Source: Moraxella nasovis (GTDB lineage Bacteria; Pseudomonadota; Gammaproteobacteria; Pseudomonadales; Moraxellaceae). Taken from it: a stretch of 32,000 nt of DNA. The notes below the pieces were generated by a model. That model was not told the DNA's origin, ran no database searches, and saw nothing but the letters and a program-made list of their open reading frames with translations. A program made the translations under genes and the position numbers. Where the stretch lies: the NCBI RefSeq assembly GCF_022701215.1, contig NZ_CP089976.1, forward strand, positions 180,001 to 212,000, given 5' to 3'. Below, one piece after another: positions 8,901-16,494 of the stretch. The number at the start of each line of letters is the position of its first letter. Position 1 is the stretch's first letter.

Positions 8901-10900
8901 GTATTAATATTAATCTGATCCATATCACCCAAAACATGCAGCTTAACTGCAGCACGATCAACACCTGCTTGGATATTTTGATCCACATCACCTAAAAAAG
9001 TAGCGTCAAAATGCTGAATCTTGCCATCATTTAGATGTATGACAGACTTACCCTGACCTGCAATATGAACCTTTTGGGGGGATTTAGTTTTTGATTGATC
9101 CGCTAATATGGCGGTTAAGTCGGTAGAATCAATGCTCACATCATGAATAGCTCTACCACGCTCCAATTCTCTCATCACGCCACGGGCCTTGATGTCACCA
9201 AAAAGGGTCTTGATTGGCGTTTTATTTGGCACATCAAAATACGCATTTGGGATCAATTTGTTGGTTTTTAGATTCATTTGCCAAGTTAATGGTCGTTTGT
9301 TATTAGCAAGACGAATAGTGCCATTGCCATACAAATCTCCCATCACCCCTTGATAATCAAGGCGGCTTAGCTGAATATCATCACCTTTTAGTGTCGTCTT
9401 AACCGTATAATCGCCCTTTGGTGCTGTTGATAAAGCGTTGATTTTTGCTTGGGCGTCAATCTGGGTATAGCCATCGCCAGCGATAATGCTTGCCTTGCCG
9501 ACAGGACTATGAATCACATCAAGACTTGGCACATTGGTACGATGCAAATTTCTCCAACTTGCATCAATATGCCAAGGCTGATTTGGTGCGTGCTGCGACT
9601 GCTTTAAGGTCGCTTGCACCACTTCGCCATCTTGTTGCTCTAGGTCAAATTCAAGTTGGGTGGTGTTGGTAGGCTTGTCTAAATTTACATAACGCACACC
9701 CAAACTGCCTGTCAATGTCTTAGGCAAATAAGGCTTTAGATTATCATGTTCGGCAGGCACGTCATTACGGATTTGGTAGCCATCACCTCGCAGCACAGCA
9801 TCTAATTCAAAGCCATCTGACCACTCCATCCTACCATCTGCATTAAGCACGCCGTTTGCTGTGGTCGCCTGTAAGAACGGAATGTCCATACCACCATCAC
9901 GAACCACGCCACGACCTACATACCGACCATTCGGTATGTCTTTTGCTTTAAGGTCAGAATCGATGCTAAGCTTGATGTTATCAATCACACCGCTTGCCGT
10001 GATAACACCATCTTCTAAAAATATCTGCTGATCAGTAGCATAAGGCAGTAAAACCTTATCATAAGAAAGTTTTGCATTAAATGGCGAACCATCTTCTAAG
10101 CCACGCACATCAAATACACCGTGAACATCATGTTTATTATATTTACTGGTTACTGTGCCTTTGGTGTGTTTTAAAGAACCTGTTGCTTTAACCTTTAAGA
10201 CATCAACATACAGATCATCTAAGGCATTAATTTTAACATCAGCTGTGGCATGTAGCGGATAGTCACCCTGAAGGTCAATACCGCCATATACTTGATGCAC
10301 CGACATGACATCATTATAGGTCAGATTACCGTCCGTCAGCTGCACTTGAGTGCCTGACCAATCTAGCTTTTTAACAGCGATATCATACACATAAATAGGA
10401 TCGACAGTCGCCTGCTTATAAGTTACCTTATTTGCAGTAACATCTTGTAATAATAAATCAACCGGCAGCTTAATCGTCGCATAATCAAAAGGCTCACCAG
10501 TAGGCGGCTTTTTATTATTAATCACAAGCTCATCAATATCTGCCTTAGTCAAATGAACCTGCCGAGCAAGCACCGCCCGCCAGCCAATCTGGATATAGGC
10601 TTTGTTTACTTGTAATGTGATGTCTTCGCCTTGGGCAATATCTACATCACTTACCCACACGCCATGGCGTAGATTACCTTTGTTGTATTTTAACTTCGTG
10701 CCAGTCTCAGAAGCTATTTTTTCTAATAGAAATTTGGTGCCTGTGTCTGTGCTGACAGCATAAAATATCAGCATTGCCACTAATATTACAAGGGCGGCGA
10801 TAGCAGCTGATAGATAAATTAAACACAATAGCCAGCGGGGCTTTTTTGCCTTTGGGCTGGGGGGTTTTTCACCTATCGAAGTTGTGGTTTTTGTTGTCAT
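5915..10900 (-). CDS. tamB: Translocation and assembly module inner-membrane subunit TamB (DUF490 C-terminus)
   Basis: 1661-aa ORF. It has an N-terminal signal-anchor WLLCLIYLSAAIAALVILVAMLIFYAV and a long beta-rich repetitive body. The C-terminus YISPDLYIRYGVGVFNADSVLSMRYQLTRRIYVEATS...IYRWKF is typical of TamB. It lies directly downstream of tamA. Confidence 0.9.
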   Translation of the reverse strand: MTTKTTTSIGEKPPSPKAKKPRWLLCLIYLSAAIAALVILVAMLIFYAVSTDTGTKFLLEKIASETGTKLKYNKGNLRHGVWVSDVDIAQGEDITLQVNKAYIQIGWRAVLARQVHLTKADIDELVINNKKPPTGEPFDYATIKLPVDLLLQDVTANKVTYKQATVDPIYVYDIAVKKLDWSGTQVQLTDGNLTYNDVMSVHQVYGGIDLQGDYPLHATADVKINALDDLYVDVLKVKATGSLKHTKGTVTSKYNKHDVHGVFDVRGLEDGSPFNAKLSYDKVLLPYATDQQIFLEDGVITASGVIDNIKLSIDSDLKAKDIPNGRYVGRGVVRDGGMDIPFLQATTANGVLNADGRMEWSDGFELDAVLRGDGYQIRNDVPAEHDNLKPYLPKTLTGSLGVRYVNLDKPTNTTQLEFDLEQQDGEVVQATLKQSQHAPNQPWHIDASWRNLHRTNVPSLDVIHSPVGKASIIAGDGYTQIDAQAKINALSTAPKGDYTVKTTLKGDDIQLSRLDYQGVMGDLYGNGTIRLANNKRPLTWQMNLKTNKLIPNAYFDVPNKTPIKTLFGDIKARGVMRELERGRAIHDVSIDSTDLTAILADQSKTKSPQKVHIAGQGKSVIHLNDGKIQHFDATFLGDVDQNIQAGVDRAAVKLHVLGDMDQININTLNAKGDFGAVLASGSVQMTDGVAWNVVADLDGVDTKRFADKPEFAAILNGRLISSGRYKNDALSNVVAKFNGQITNDTIKNGNLRLDLTGDNNKFNISQLNFNHGDSSLSATGWVDISRGYQWNVMAAAKNFNIGMFLPSSSSNITGGLRTHGRWDNDAQIVAIEDLNVQGSYNKKPVSASGSLYAHLVLPKDLTAYLNELKQATKSKSTEQLLGLRGVIDDKARQAQGIVRSLNANHLNVRMGNDFISMNGNKQRFVTSVSIQDLSQYITDARGKVDGGLILIDDGRALPSVYIDLIASGVRVAGIIIQDASVLGKIVNLGNSNSQLILKATDVVAFGRVLKAVRVDFEGIESEHKLAIKAQGATADLQAKVTGGLNRQTMHYAGVLSDAKIYTKQGKFIQNQPAEFDVGIEDTKVQLASHCWQSLSANSTQGSLCFKDTLSYTPNGGHVNAIIQNLDTSVLDFAMPKDITWQSVLNGKVQAHWQKGTNPTINAVLYSDHGRIGVHQEDVGYTDMPYDRVSVIAHSVPEGLKLRTDIAGAVGRGYVDVVVDPFKQTKPITGALVVNNINLAVLGPFFPELQTLSGEASAAGGVGGTLSNPLFYGNASLKDGNVAIAGLPVNLQKINLDAKIRGKNATIEGSLFSGQGQAQVAGQADWQDDIQAKVRIAGENLDVVKPPLLTAQISPDVEVVVRPSEKYVDIKGVVSVPVATIRPPEASEDIVVESPDVTVLDRRNSGNVDKVLSTVKPWSINVDLGLDLGNDVVFRGFGAKLPLAGALHITQEGQGGLHGLGVIQVSERAKIDGIGQNLELNYAQIRFNGGDITNPRLSIEGEKQIEGKTVGVRVRGMASDPAITVYNDAGLSEQQAMSALVTGRISEAADSQISKQGFRSQVTNNLVAAGLSFGLSGTRNLTNSIGQALGLQSLTVDASGNAQDTSVNVTGYISPDLYIRYGVGVFNADSVLSMRYQLTRRIYVEATSATENTVDVIYRWKF

Positions 10901-10999
10901 AAGGTATTTTATTGGTATTAAATTATGGCACTCTGCCTAAATGAAAATTAAGTCTAAAATCGTCCAGTAGCGACTGTGCTCTTTAGTATTTAGATACGT

Positions 11000-13771
11000 T
11001 TAAAATGGTGAGCCAATAAAAAAGTGCAACTTAACAGAACGGTCTTTTTCTTTGATACCAGTCGCCACATCTACACGCACTTGACCCACAGGAGAAGCAT
11101 AACGCACGCCTACGCCTGCACCAATTTTTGTTTCGTTATTAAAGTTCTTGTCATAAGCATTACCCACATCGGCGAACACTCCTAAACGCAGACCTTTCAT
11201 GATCTCATAATTATACTCGCCACTTAACACCGCCAATGCCTGACCGCCTGTAAGATAGCCCTTATCAGAAATGGGGGAAAGGCTTTCATAATTATAACCA
11301 CGAATTGACTGATCACCCCCTGCAAAAAAACGCAGCTTATAAGGCACGTCATTAAAATCATCAGCAACGATATAGCCAGCATTTAGGCTACCGCTGACTT
11401 GGTGGGCACGGTTCTTGCCGTATGCGTTATCGCCAAAGCTATACATGCCATTAATTCCTGCTCGAACGATTGCCATATCCGTATCAGTCATCAAATGCTT
11501 TGATCCCAACTCCAAAGAATACTGCTGGCGATAGCCACGCATGGGATTGGCAATATCGTCCATAGAATTTTTGCTAAACGATACACCTGCCAAAAGTGCC
11601 TCTTGGGTGGGTCTGCCATCAGCGAATTTTACTGGCAAATCCTTAATACGCTCGCCTTTTATACCTGTTTGCAGTTCATCTAAGCGATAACGAAGTGAAT
11701 AATTGCGATTCCATCCATTTTCTTTAATGGTGTTACGGCTAACACTTTGCTCTAAAGTTCTTGTTTTTAAATCAAAGCCTTTTGCACCGTTATTTAACGC
11801 CTTTTCTTCATAGCTTAAAGCAGCTCTAAGCTTATCATTAAGCGGATGGCTTAGTGGTCTAGAAGCATATAAGGTTGCATTTTTTTGATGGGGTGAAACC
11901 CCAAGCTCCACGCCTGCTTGATAGCCATCTTTATTGATGAGATTATGCTCAAGCTTAGTTACGACACGTGTACCGCTATCAGACCCCCAGCCCAGACCGA
12001 TTTGAGCATCTCGTGGCTTGTCTGCCATCACAAAAACATACAACGGAACTTTCTTATCTTGCTGTACTTGCTGCGGTGTTTTTTTATTGGCAAGTTTAGG
12101 CTGCTGTTTTGAAAAATCAACTTCGCCGTCATCGTCAGGCAGTATGGCTCGTGCCACATTACTTACCGCATCACTGATTTTAGCTAAGATACTTTTAGAC
12201 TTGCTTTGGGTATTGATTGCAAGCAAGCGATCTTCAGGGGCGTTATACAGTCGATTGGCTTTTTGGGTCACCAGTGCCAACTTATCTTGGATTATCTGAG
12301 AAGTGCTAAACTCAACAGGCGTTACATCTGCGGTAATGCCATCGCCTAAATCTATCGTTTGGGTTGTTTGGACGATGCTGTTATCCACCTCAGCAGGCTT
12401 TTGATCGTCGTTGCCATCACCTTGCTCAAAGTCAATTCCCTCTGCATCATCACCACCTGGGAATACGGTTTCGGTATTGACAGTGTTAAAGTACCCAGTT
12501 GCCAAAAGATCACTGGATAGATTTTGAACCGATTGACGATTATAAGCATCGCCCATTTGAAAATTAACCAACTTTTCTAATAACTTTGCTTTTACGGGTA
12601 ATTTATCAGGGTCTGTGGTATATTGCCCTGTCTTAGGGTCAATGGTAAAAAACACCACATCATCAAACTGATACTGCTCACCTGTGTCATACACAAGACT
12701 CACATCAGCAGCATTATCAGGCAAGATGACATCTGCTGAGCTATCTAGCCAACGCCCATCAAAATAGCCACGCTCATCGCCAATTTCTGCTATCAAAGAC
12801 TTATTAGATTCGTATTTACCATGATGAAATGTATCGCCTATTTTAAGTACTTCAGACGATACCGCCTCTTGATAAGCACGATCCCCTGCACCTTCGCCAC
12901 GCACTTCTAAGATCTGATGATCTACGATAACAGGTTCACCAATATCATCAATAATGACGTTAATTTTGCCAAACTCCTGCTTTGTGATACGAAGTTTAAC
13001 ATCATAATACCCAACTGCTCGTGCGGCAGCTTGGGCGGTCTGCATAAGCCTTGGCATTGCAGAGCGAAAATCTGCCGTGCTTTCTGCGGTAATATCCTCA
13101 AGAGCTGCCTTAATATTGGCATACGGCTCATCTTTGGCATCACCACGTTTGATTTTAGTCAGGTTATCGATGCTTGTGTTATTAATATCGCCATGACTAT
13201 GAAATAAGCTAACATCAAGCCTTGGCACGCTACTGACGCCATCATTAAACACACGATCATACAGGCGTTTTAATAGCCCATCAGGTTTAATCTCATCAAC
13301 ATGATGCGTTGCCACTTCGGTCGTATAATCTTGCTCGCGGTGATACTTGGGTATGTACACATCAGGATTAATGCCTGTTTGAGTGATAGGCTTACCATCA
13401 GCACCGATACCAAGGGTTTTTTGGGAGTCGGGCTCTGGCAAGTCAATCACTGTATCATCATCAAACCCAATGGGATTAGAATTATCGCCCAATCTAGAAA
13501 CAATGACATCGTCAAAAATAGTCTCATCAAACACGCCATCATGCAAGGCTTGATTTAGTCGATCTTCAATTTGTTTTGGCGTGTACAGCTGTGCTGGCAG
13601 TTCATCAGTCTCTTGGTCGCTAGGTACAAAAGACTGCCCAAAGCTTAACTGACAAAACGGCACCGTTAGCACAGCTGCCATCGCAACCACCAAGCGATTG
13701 GGCTTTAGTGCAGTTTTTGGGTGTTTGCGATCAGCAGTTGCCAAAAAATAGGGGCTTATCAAACCTGTCAT
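11000..13771 (-). CDS. tamA: Omp85-family outer-membrane subunit TamA, expanded form
   Basis: 923-aa ORF. POTRA-like blocks are present (GYYDVKLRI..., GYFDGRW..., GEQYQFDDVVF, ATGYFNTV). The C-terminal barrel has RFFAGGDQSIRGYNYESL and a terminal ...HFFIGSPF. Confidence 0.9.
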   Translation of the reverse strand: MTGLISPYFLATADRKHPKTALKPNRLVVAMAAVLTVPFCQLSFGQSFVPSDQETDELPAQLYTPKQIEDRLNQALHDGVFDETIFDDVIVSRLGDNSNPIGFDDDTVIDLPEPDSQKTLGIGADGKPITQTGINPDVYIPKYHREQDYTTEVATHHVDEIKPDGLLKRLYDRVFNDGVSSVPRLDVSLFHSHGDINNTSIDNLTKIKRGDAKDEPYANIKAALEDITAESTADFRSAMPRLMQTAQAAARAVGYYDVKLRITKQEFGKINVIIDDIGEPVIVDHQILEVRGEGAGDRAYQEAVSSEVLKIGDTFHHGKYESNKSLIAEIGDERGYFDGRWLDSSADVILPDNAADVSLVYDTGEQYQFDDVVFFTIDPKTGQYTTDPDKLPVKAKLLEKLVNFQMGDAYNRQSVQNLSSDLLATGYFNTVNTETVFPGGDDAEGIDFEQGDGNDDQKPAEVDNSIVQTTQTIDLGDGITADVTPVEFSTSQIIQDKLALVTQKANRLYNAPEDRLLAINTQSKSKSILAKISDAVSNVARAILPDDDGEVDFSKQQPKLANKKTPQQVQQDKKVPLYVFVMADKPRDAQIGLGWGSDSGTRVVTKLEHNLINKDGYQAGVELGVSPHQKNATLYASRPLSHPLNDKLRAALSYEEKALNNGAKGFDLKTRTLEQSVSRNTIKENGWNRNYSLRYRLDELQTGIKGERIKDLPVKFADGRPTQEALLAGVSFSKNSMDDIANPMRGYRQQYSLELGSKHLMTDTDMAIVRAGINGMYSFGDNAYGKNRAHQVSGSLNAGYIVADDFNDVPYKLRFFAGGDQSIRGYNYESLSPISDKGYLTGGQALAVLSGEYNYEIMKGLRLGVFADVGNAYDKNFNNETKIGAGVGVRYASPVGQVRVDVATGIKEKDRSVKLHFFIGSPF

Positions 13772-13918
13772 ACTGTCCTTTTACCAAATTTGTGCAGCTT
13801 TTGTTAAACTTATGCTAAATTACTGTTAAAACTTTATCAAAACCACAAAACTAAAGATTAAAATACAAATTGGTGCTATTATATCACAATTCTAATTTCT
13901 CATAATACCAAAAGCTCT

Positions 13919-15244
13919 ATGGCCAGTCAGTTTTCTTTATTTAAGCACCGCCGCTTTAGTGCTATGTTTTTTACCCAGTTTTTAGGGGCATTTAATGATA
14001 ATGTATTTAAACAAGCATTAATCTTGGTGCTAACATACACAGCCGCTGCCAAATTAAATGTTGCTGTAAGCTTACTCAATAATCTTGCAGCATTATTATT
14101 CATACTACCCTACTTTTTATTTTCCGCAATTGCAGGGCAAGTTGCTGATAAATATGAAAAATCACGCCTAACCCAAGCGATTAAGCTGTTAGAGATTATC
14201 ATCATGGTGTTAGCGGCTATTGGGTTTGTGTTTGAGTGGTATTGGCTATTATTTATTGCGTTATTTTTAATGGGAACACACTCAGCGTTTTTTGGTCCGA
14301 TTAAGTATGCCTATCTACCCCAAGTCATGCGAAAAGACGAGCTTGTTGGGGCAAATGGCTTATTTCAGACAGGTACAAGCCTTGCTATCTTAACAGGCAT
14401 GATGATGGCAGGTATGCTCACTCAGCTTAAAAACCCAACGCTTTGGCTAATTATCAGCACCATCAGCATCGCTATTTTAGGTTTTATCGCCTCCAAATAC
14501 CTACCTAAAACACCGCCAAATGCCCCAGATATTTGCATAGACTATCACCTTTTACGTCCAACTATCTCGCTTGTTAAGTACTTGTATGGCTTGCCATTGC
14601 TATTTTTTATCATCTTAGGTAATAGCTGGTTTTGGTTTTATGGTGCAACCTTTCTTACCCAAACCCCTGAATTTAGTAAGACCATCTTACATGGTAATGA
14701 AAGTGTCGTCATTTTACTTTTAACACTTTTTTCTGTTGGCACAGCCATCGGATCGCTGTTATGTAAGACCCTTGCCAAAAACCAAATCAGCCTAAAATTA
14801 TTACCAATTGGCATTACTGGCTTAAGTATTTTTGCCATAGATTTATACTTTTCACTAAACGCTTTAAACGCCATTCAACCCCAAAATGCTTATTCTATCT
14901 ATGAAATCTTACACATGGATGGGTTTTTAAGTGTATGCAGAGCATTGTTCTTATTAGGATTTTTTGGCGGTATTTACATTGTTCCGCTTTATTCTTTTAT
15001 GCAGACATACGCCCCTGCACGCCACCGTTCACGCATTATTGGGGCAAATAACATCTTTAATGCTATCTTTATGGTGGGATCGGCAATTTTTTCTATCATC
15101 ATTCTTGCTGTCTTAAAGCTTGATCTACCTCAGCTATTCTTAATTACTGGCATCATTAATGCGATATTTGGTCTTTTTTTGTACAAAAAACTTCATCAAT
15201 ATCAGCACACCATGACGCCCAAAACAAATGATGTGATTGATTAG
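13919..15244 (+). CDS. lplT: MFS transporter, LplT-like (lysophospholipid transporter family)
   Basis: 441-aa polytopic ORF. The N-terminal FFTQFLGAFNDNVFKQAL and AGQVADKYEKSR motifs resemble LplT and the MFS domain of Aas-type proteins. Confidence 0.65.
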   Translation: MASQFSLFKHRRFSAMFFTQFLGAFNDNVFKQALILVLTYTAAAKLNVAVSLLNNLAALLFILPYFLFSAIAGQVADKYEKSRLTQAIKLLEIIIMVLAAIGFVFEWYWLLFIALFLMGTHSAFFGPIKYAYLPQVMRKDELVGANGLFQTGTSLAILTGMMMAGMLTQLKNPTLWLIISTISIAILGFIASKYLPKTPPNAPDICIDYHLLRPTISLVKYLYGLPLLFFIILGNSWFWFYGATFLTQTPEFSKTILHGNESVVILLLTLFSVGTAIGSLLCKTLAKNQISLKLLPIGITGLSIFAIDLYFSLNALNAIQPQNAYSIYEILHMDGFLSVCRALFLLGFFGGIYIVPLYSFMQTYAPARHRSRIIGANNIFNAIFMVGSAIFSIIILAVLKLDLPQLFLITGIINAIFGLFLYKKLHQYQHTMTPKTNDVID

Positions 15245-15509
15245 CACTCTAAAGACCATCACATGATTTAAAAAGTGCATGATGCAACGCTTTAAATGGG
15301 TTATTTTAAATCAACATAATTTATGATTGTAACTTATATAATTGTAACTTAAACAACTCATTTAAAAGCGTTATCACTTTATCCATCGTAAAATGCGTGA
15401 TATTTTTACTGTCATCAACATAGATTTGCAAAATTTCACCAAAATAAAACAAATCAAACTGTAAAATCTGTTATTATTAACCACTTGCATTAAAAACTTA
15501 TTTTTAACC

Positions 15510-15523
15510 AACCTAGCTAGGTT
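15510..15523. repeat. Perfect 14-bp palindrome aacctagctaggtt, 24 nt upstream of the 15548 start codon
   Basis: Self-complementary by direct reading. Confidence 0.9.
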
Positions 15524-15547
15524 ATCATTGATTTAATGGATAATTTT

Positions 15548-16360
15548 ATGAAAAAAACACTTCTTTTACTTGGCTTAAGTGCAATCATGAGTTCTCAAGG
15601 TTTTGCCAAAACATACGAAAGCCCTGCTATGCGTGGTGAGATTACGAGCGTCATCACGAGCAATCACACCAATCTACTCACCACACCGATTAAAAGCCTG
15701 CCTACGCCATCAGTTAGCATTAGTCACGTTCAGACCATTGATACGGTGCTTATTCCTGCCAATCGCTCAGGTAAAACTTTGATTGACGTTACGTTGCTTG
15801 ATGAATTTATTGATGATGTCTCACCTAATGCACGCCATTATCCACCAAACTTTCCAAACGCTACTTCAAAGCATACCGCCGAACAAAACATCAAACATTT
15901 ATCCGACTGGATAGAGCCTTATGCTAGTGCTTCTGATGCCTCGTTTGATGTCGTGCTGCGTGCGGTCAAGCTAAACAGCATGGCTCGAAACCTAAATATC
16001 GGCACAGATTATGCAGTGCGTGCACTAAAACACATTCAAAAAGCCATTAAGATGAAACCACAAGATGCCGAAACCAACTTCATGTTTGGCATGATGTTGG
16101 CAGAGACAGGTGCTTTCACCGATGGTAAAAAATACCTAGAAAAAGCCGCTTCACTTGGCTATCTTGAAGCAGAGCAAAGCCTAGCCCAAGCTGACTTATT
16201 AAGCGACAATAAACCTGCTGCAGTTCGCCGACTCAAGCAGCTACAAGCTAAGCACCCTCTTAATGAGCAGATTACCAAGCAAGTCAATATCGTGGAAAAT
16301 GGCGGATATTACATCTGGACAATCCCTGATAACGACCTAAGCATTAAGCCTTACCAATAA
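15548..16360 (+). CDS. Exported protein with a C-terminal Sel1/TPR-like repeat
   Basis: Signal peptide MKKTLLLLGLSAIMSSQGFA from the ATG at 15548. GKKYLEKAASLGYLEAEQSLAQ resembles a Sel1 repeat. I recognised no other domain. Confidence 0.6.
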   Translation: MKKTLLLLGLSAIMSSQGFAKTYESPAMRGEITSVITSNHTNLLTTPIKSLPTPSVSISHVQTIDTVLIPANRSGKTLIDVTLLDEFIDDVSPNARHYPPNFPNATSKHTAEQNIKHLSDWIEPYASASDASFDVVLRAVKLNSMARNLNIGTDYAVRALKHIQKAIKMKPQDAETNFMFGMMLAETGAFTDGKKYLEKAASLGYLEAEQSLAQADLLSDNKPAAVRRLKQLQAKHPLNEQITKQVNIVENGGYYIWTIPDNDLSIKPYQ

Positions 16361-16366
16361 ATTAAA

Positions 16367-16397
16367 CAAACCTGCCTATCTTGGCAGGTTTTTTATT
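16367..16397 (+). terminator. Rho-independent terminator (aaacctgcc...ggcaggttt followed by ttttt)
   Basis: 9-bp stem and T-run directly after the stop at 16360. Confidence 0.8.
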
Positions 16398-16494
16398 AAT
16401 CCAAAAAGACTGATTTTAATTTTATGAAAATACGGTAAAATAAGACCAATTATGTTCCATTGTAAGCTAATAATGGCTTTATCAAGGTTTAATC

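Noticed and set aside
6150-9672. + strand ORFs inside tamB (6150..6461, 6555..6938, 9490..9672) and the off-frame ORF 7192..7467(-)
   Set aside because: They are antisense or off-frame shadows of a 1661-aa CDS. Their low-complexity Ser/Thr/Pro-rich translations are typical of non-coding frames.
10859-10864. G6 (C6 on the coding strand) tract in codons ~12-14 of tamB, and a C6 tract at 8245-8250, as phase-variation switches
   Set aside because: Six nucleotides is short compared with tracts known to slip at useful frequency. Nothing else suggests on/off control of an essential-type envelope machine.
11918-13558. ORFs overlapping tamA (11918..12112+, 12018..12299+, 12352..12549-, 12917..13207+, 12922..13146-, 13301..13558+)
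   Set aside because: They are shadow frames within the Omp85-family CDS.
14638-14874. 78-aa minus-strand ORF inside the MFS transporter gene
   Set aside because: It is antisense to a convincing 12-TM-type CDS, and I saw no start context.
15326-15351. 11-bp direct repeat attgtaactta x2 (4-nt spacer) downstream of lplT
   Set aside because: It is short, lies in AT-rich intergenic DNA, and has only two copies. It is compatible with chance or a minor duplication.
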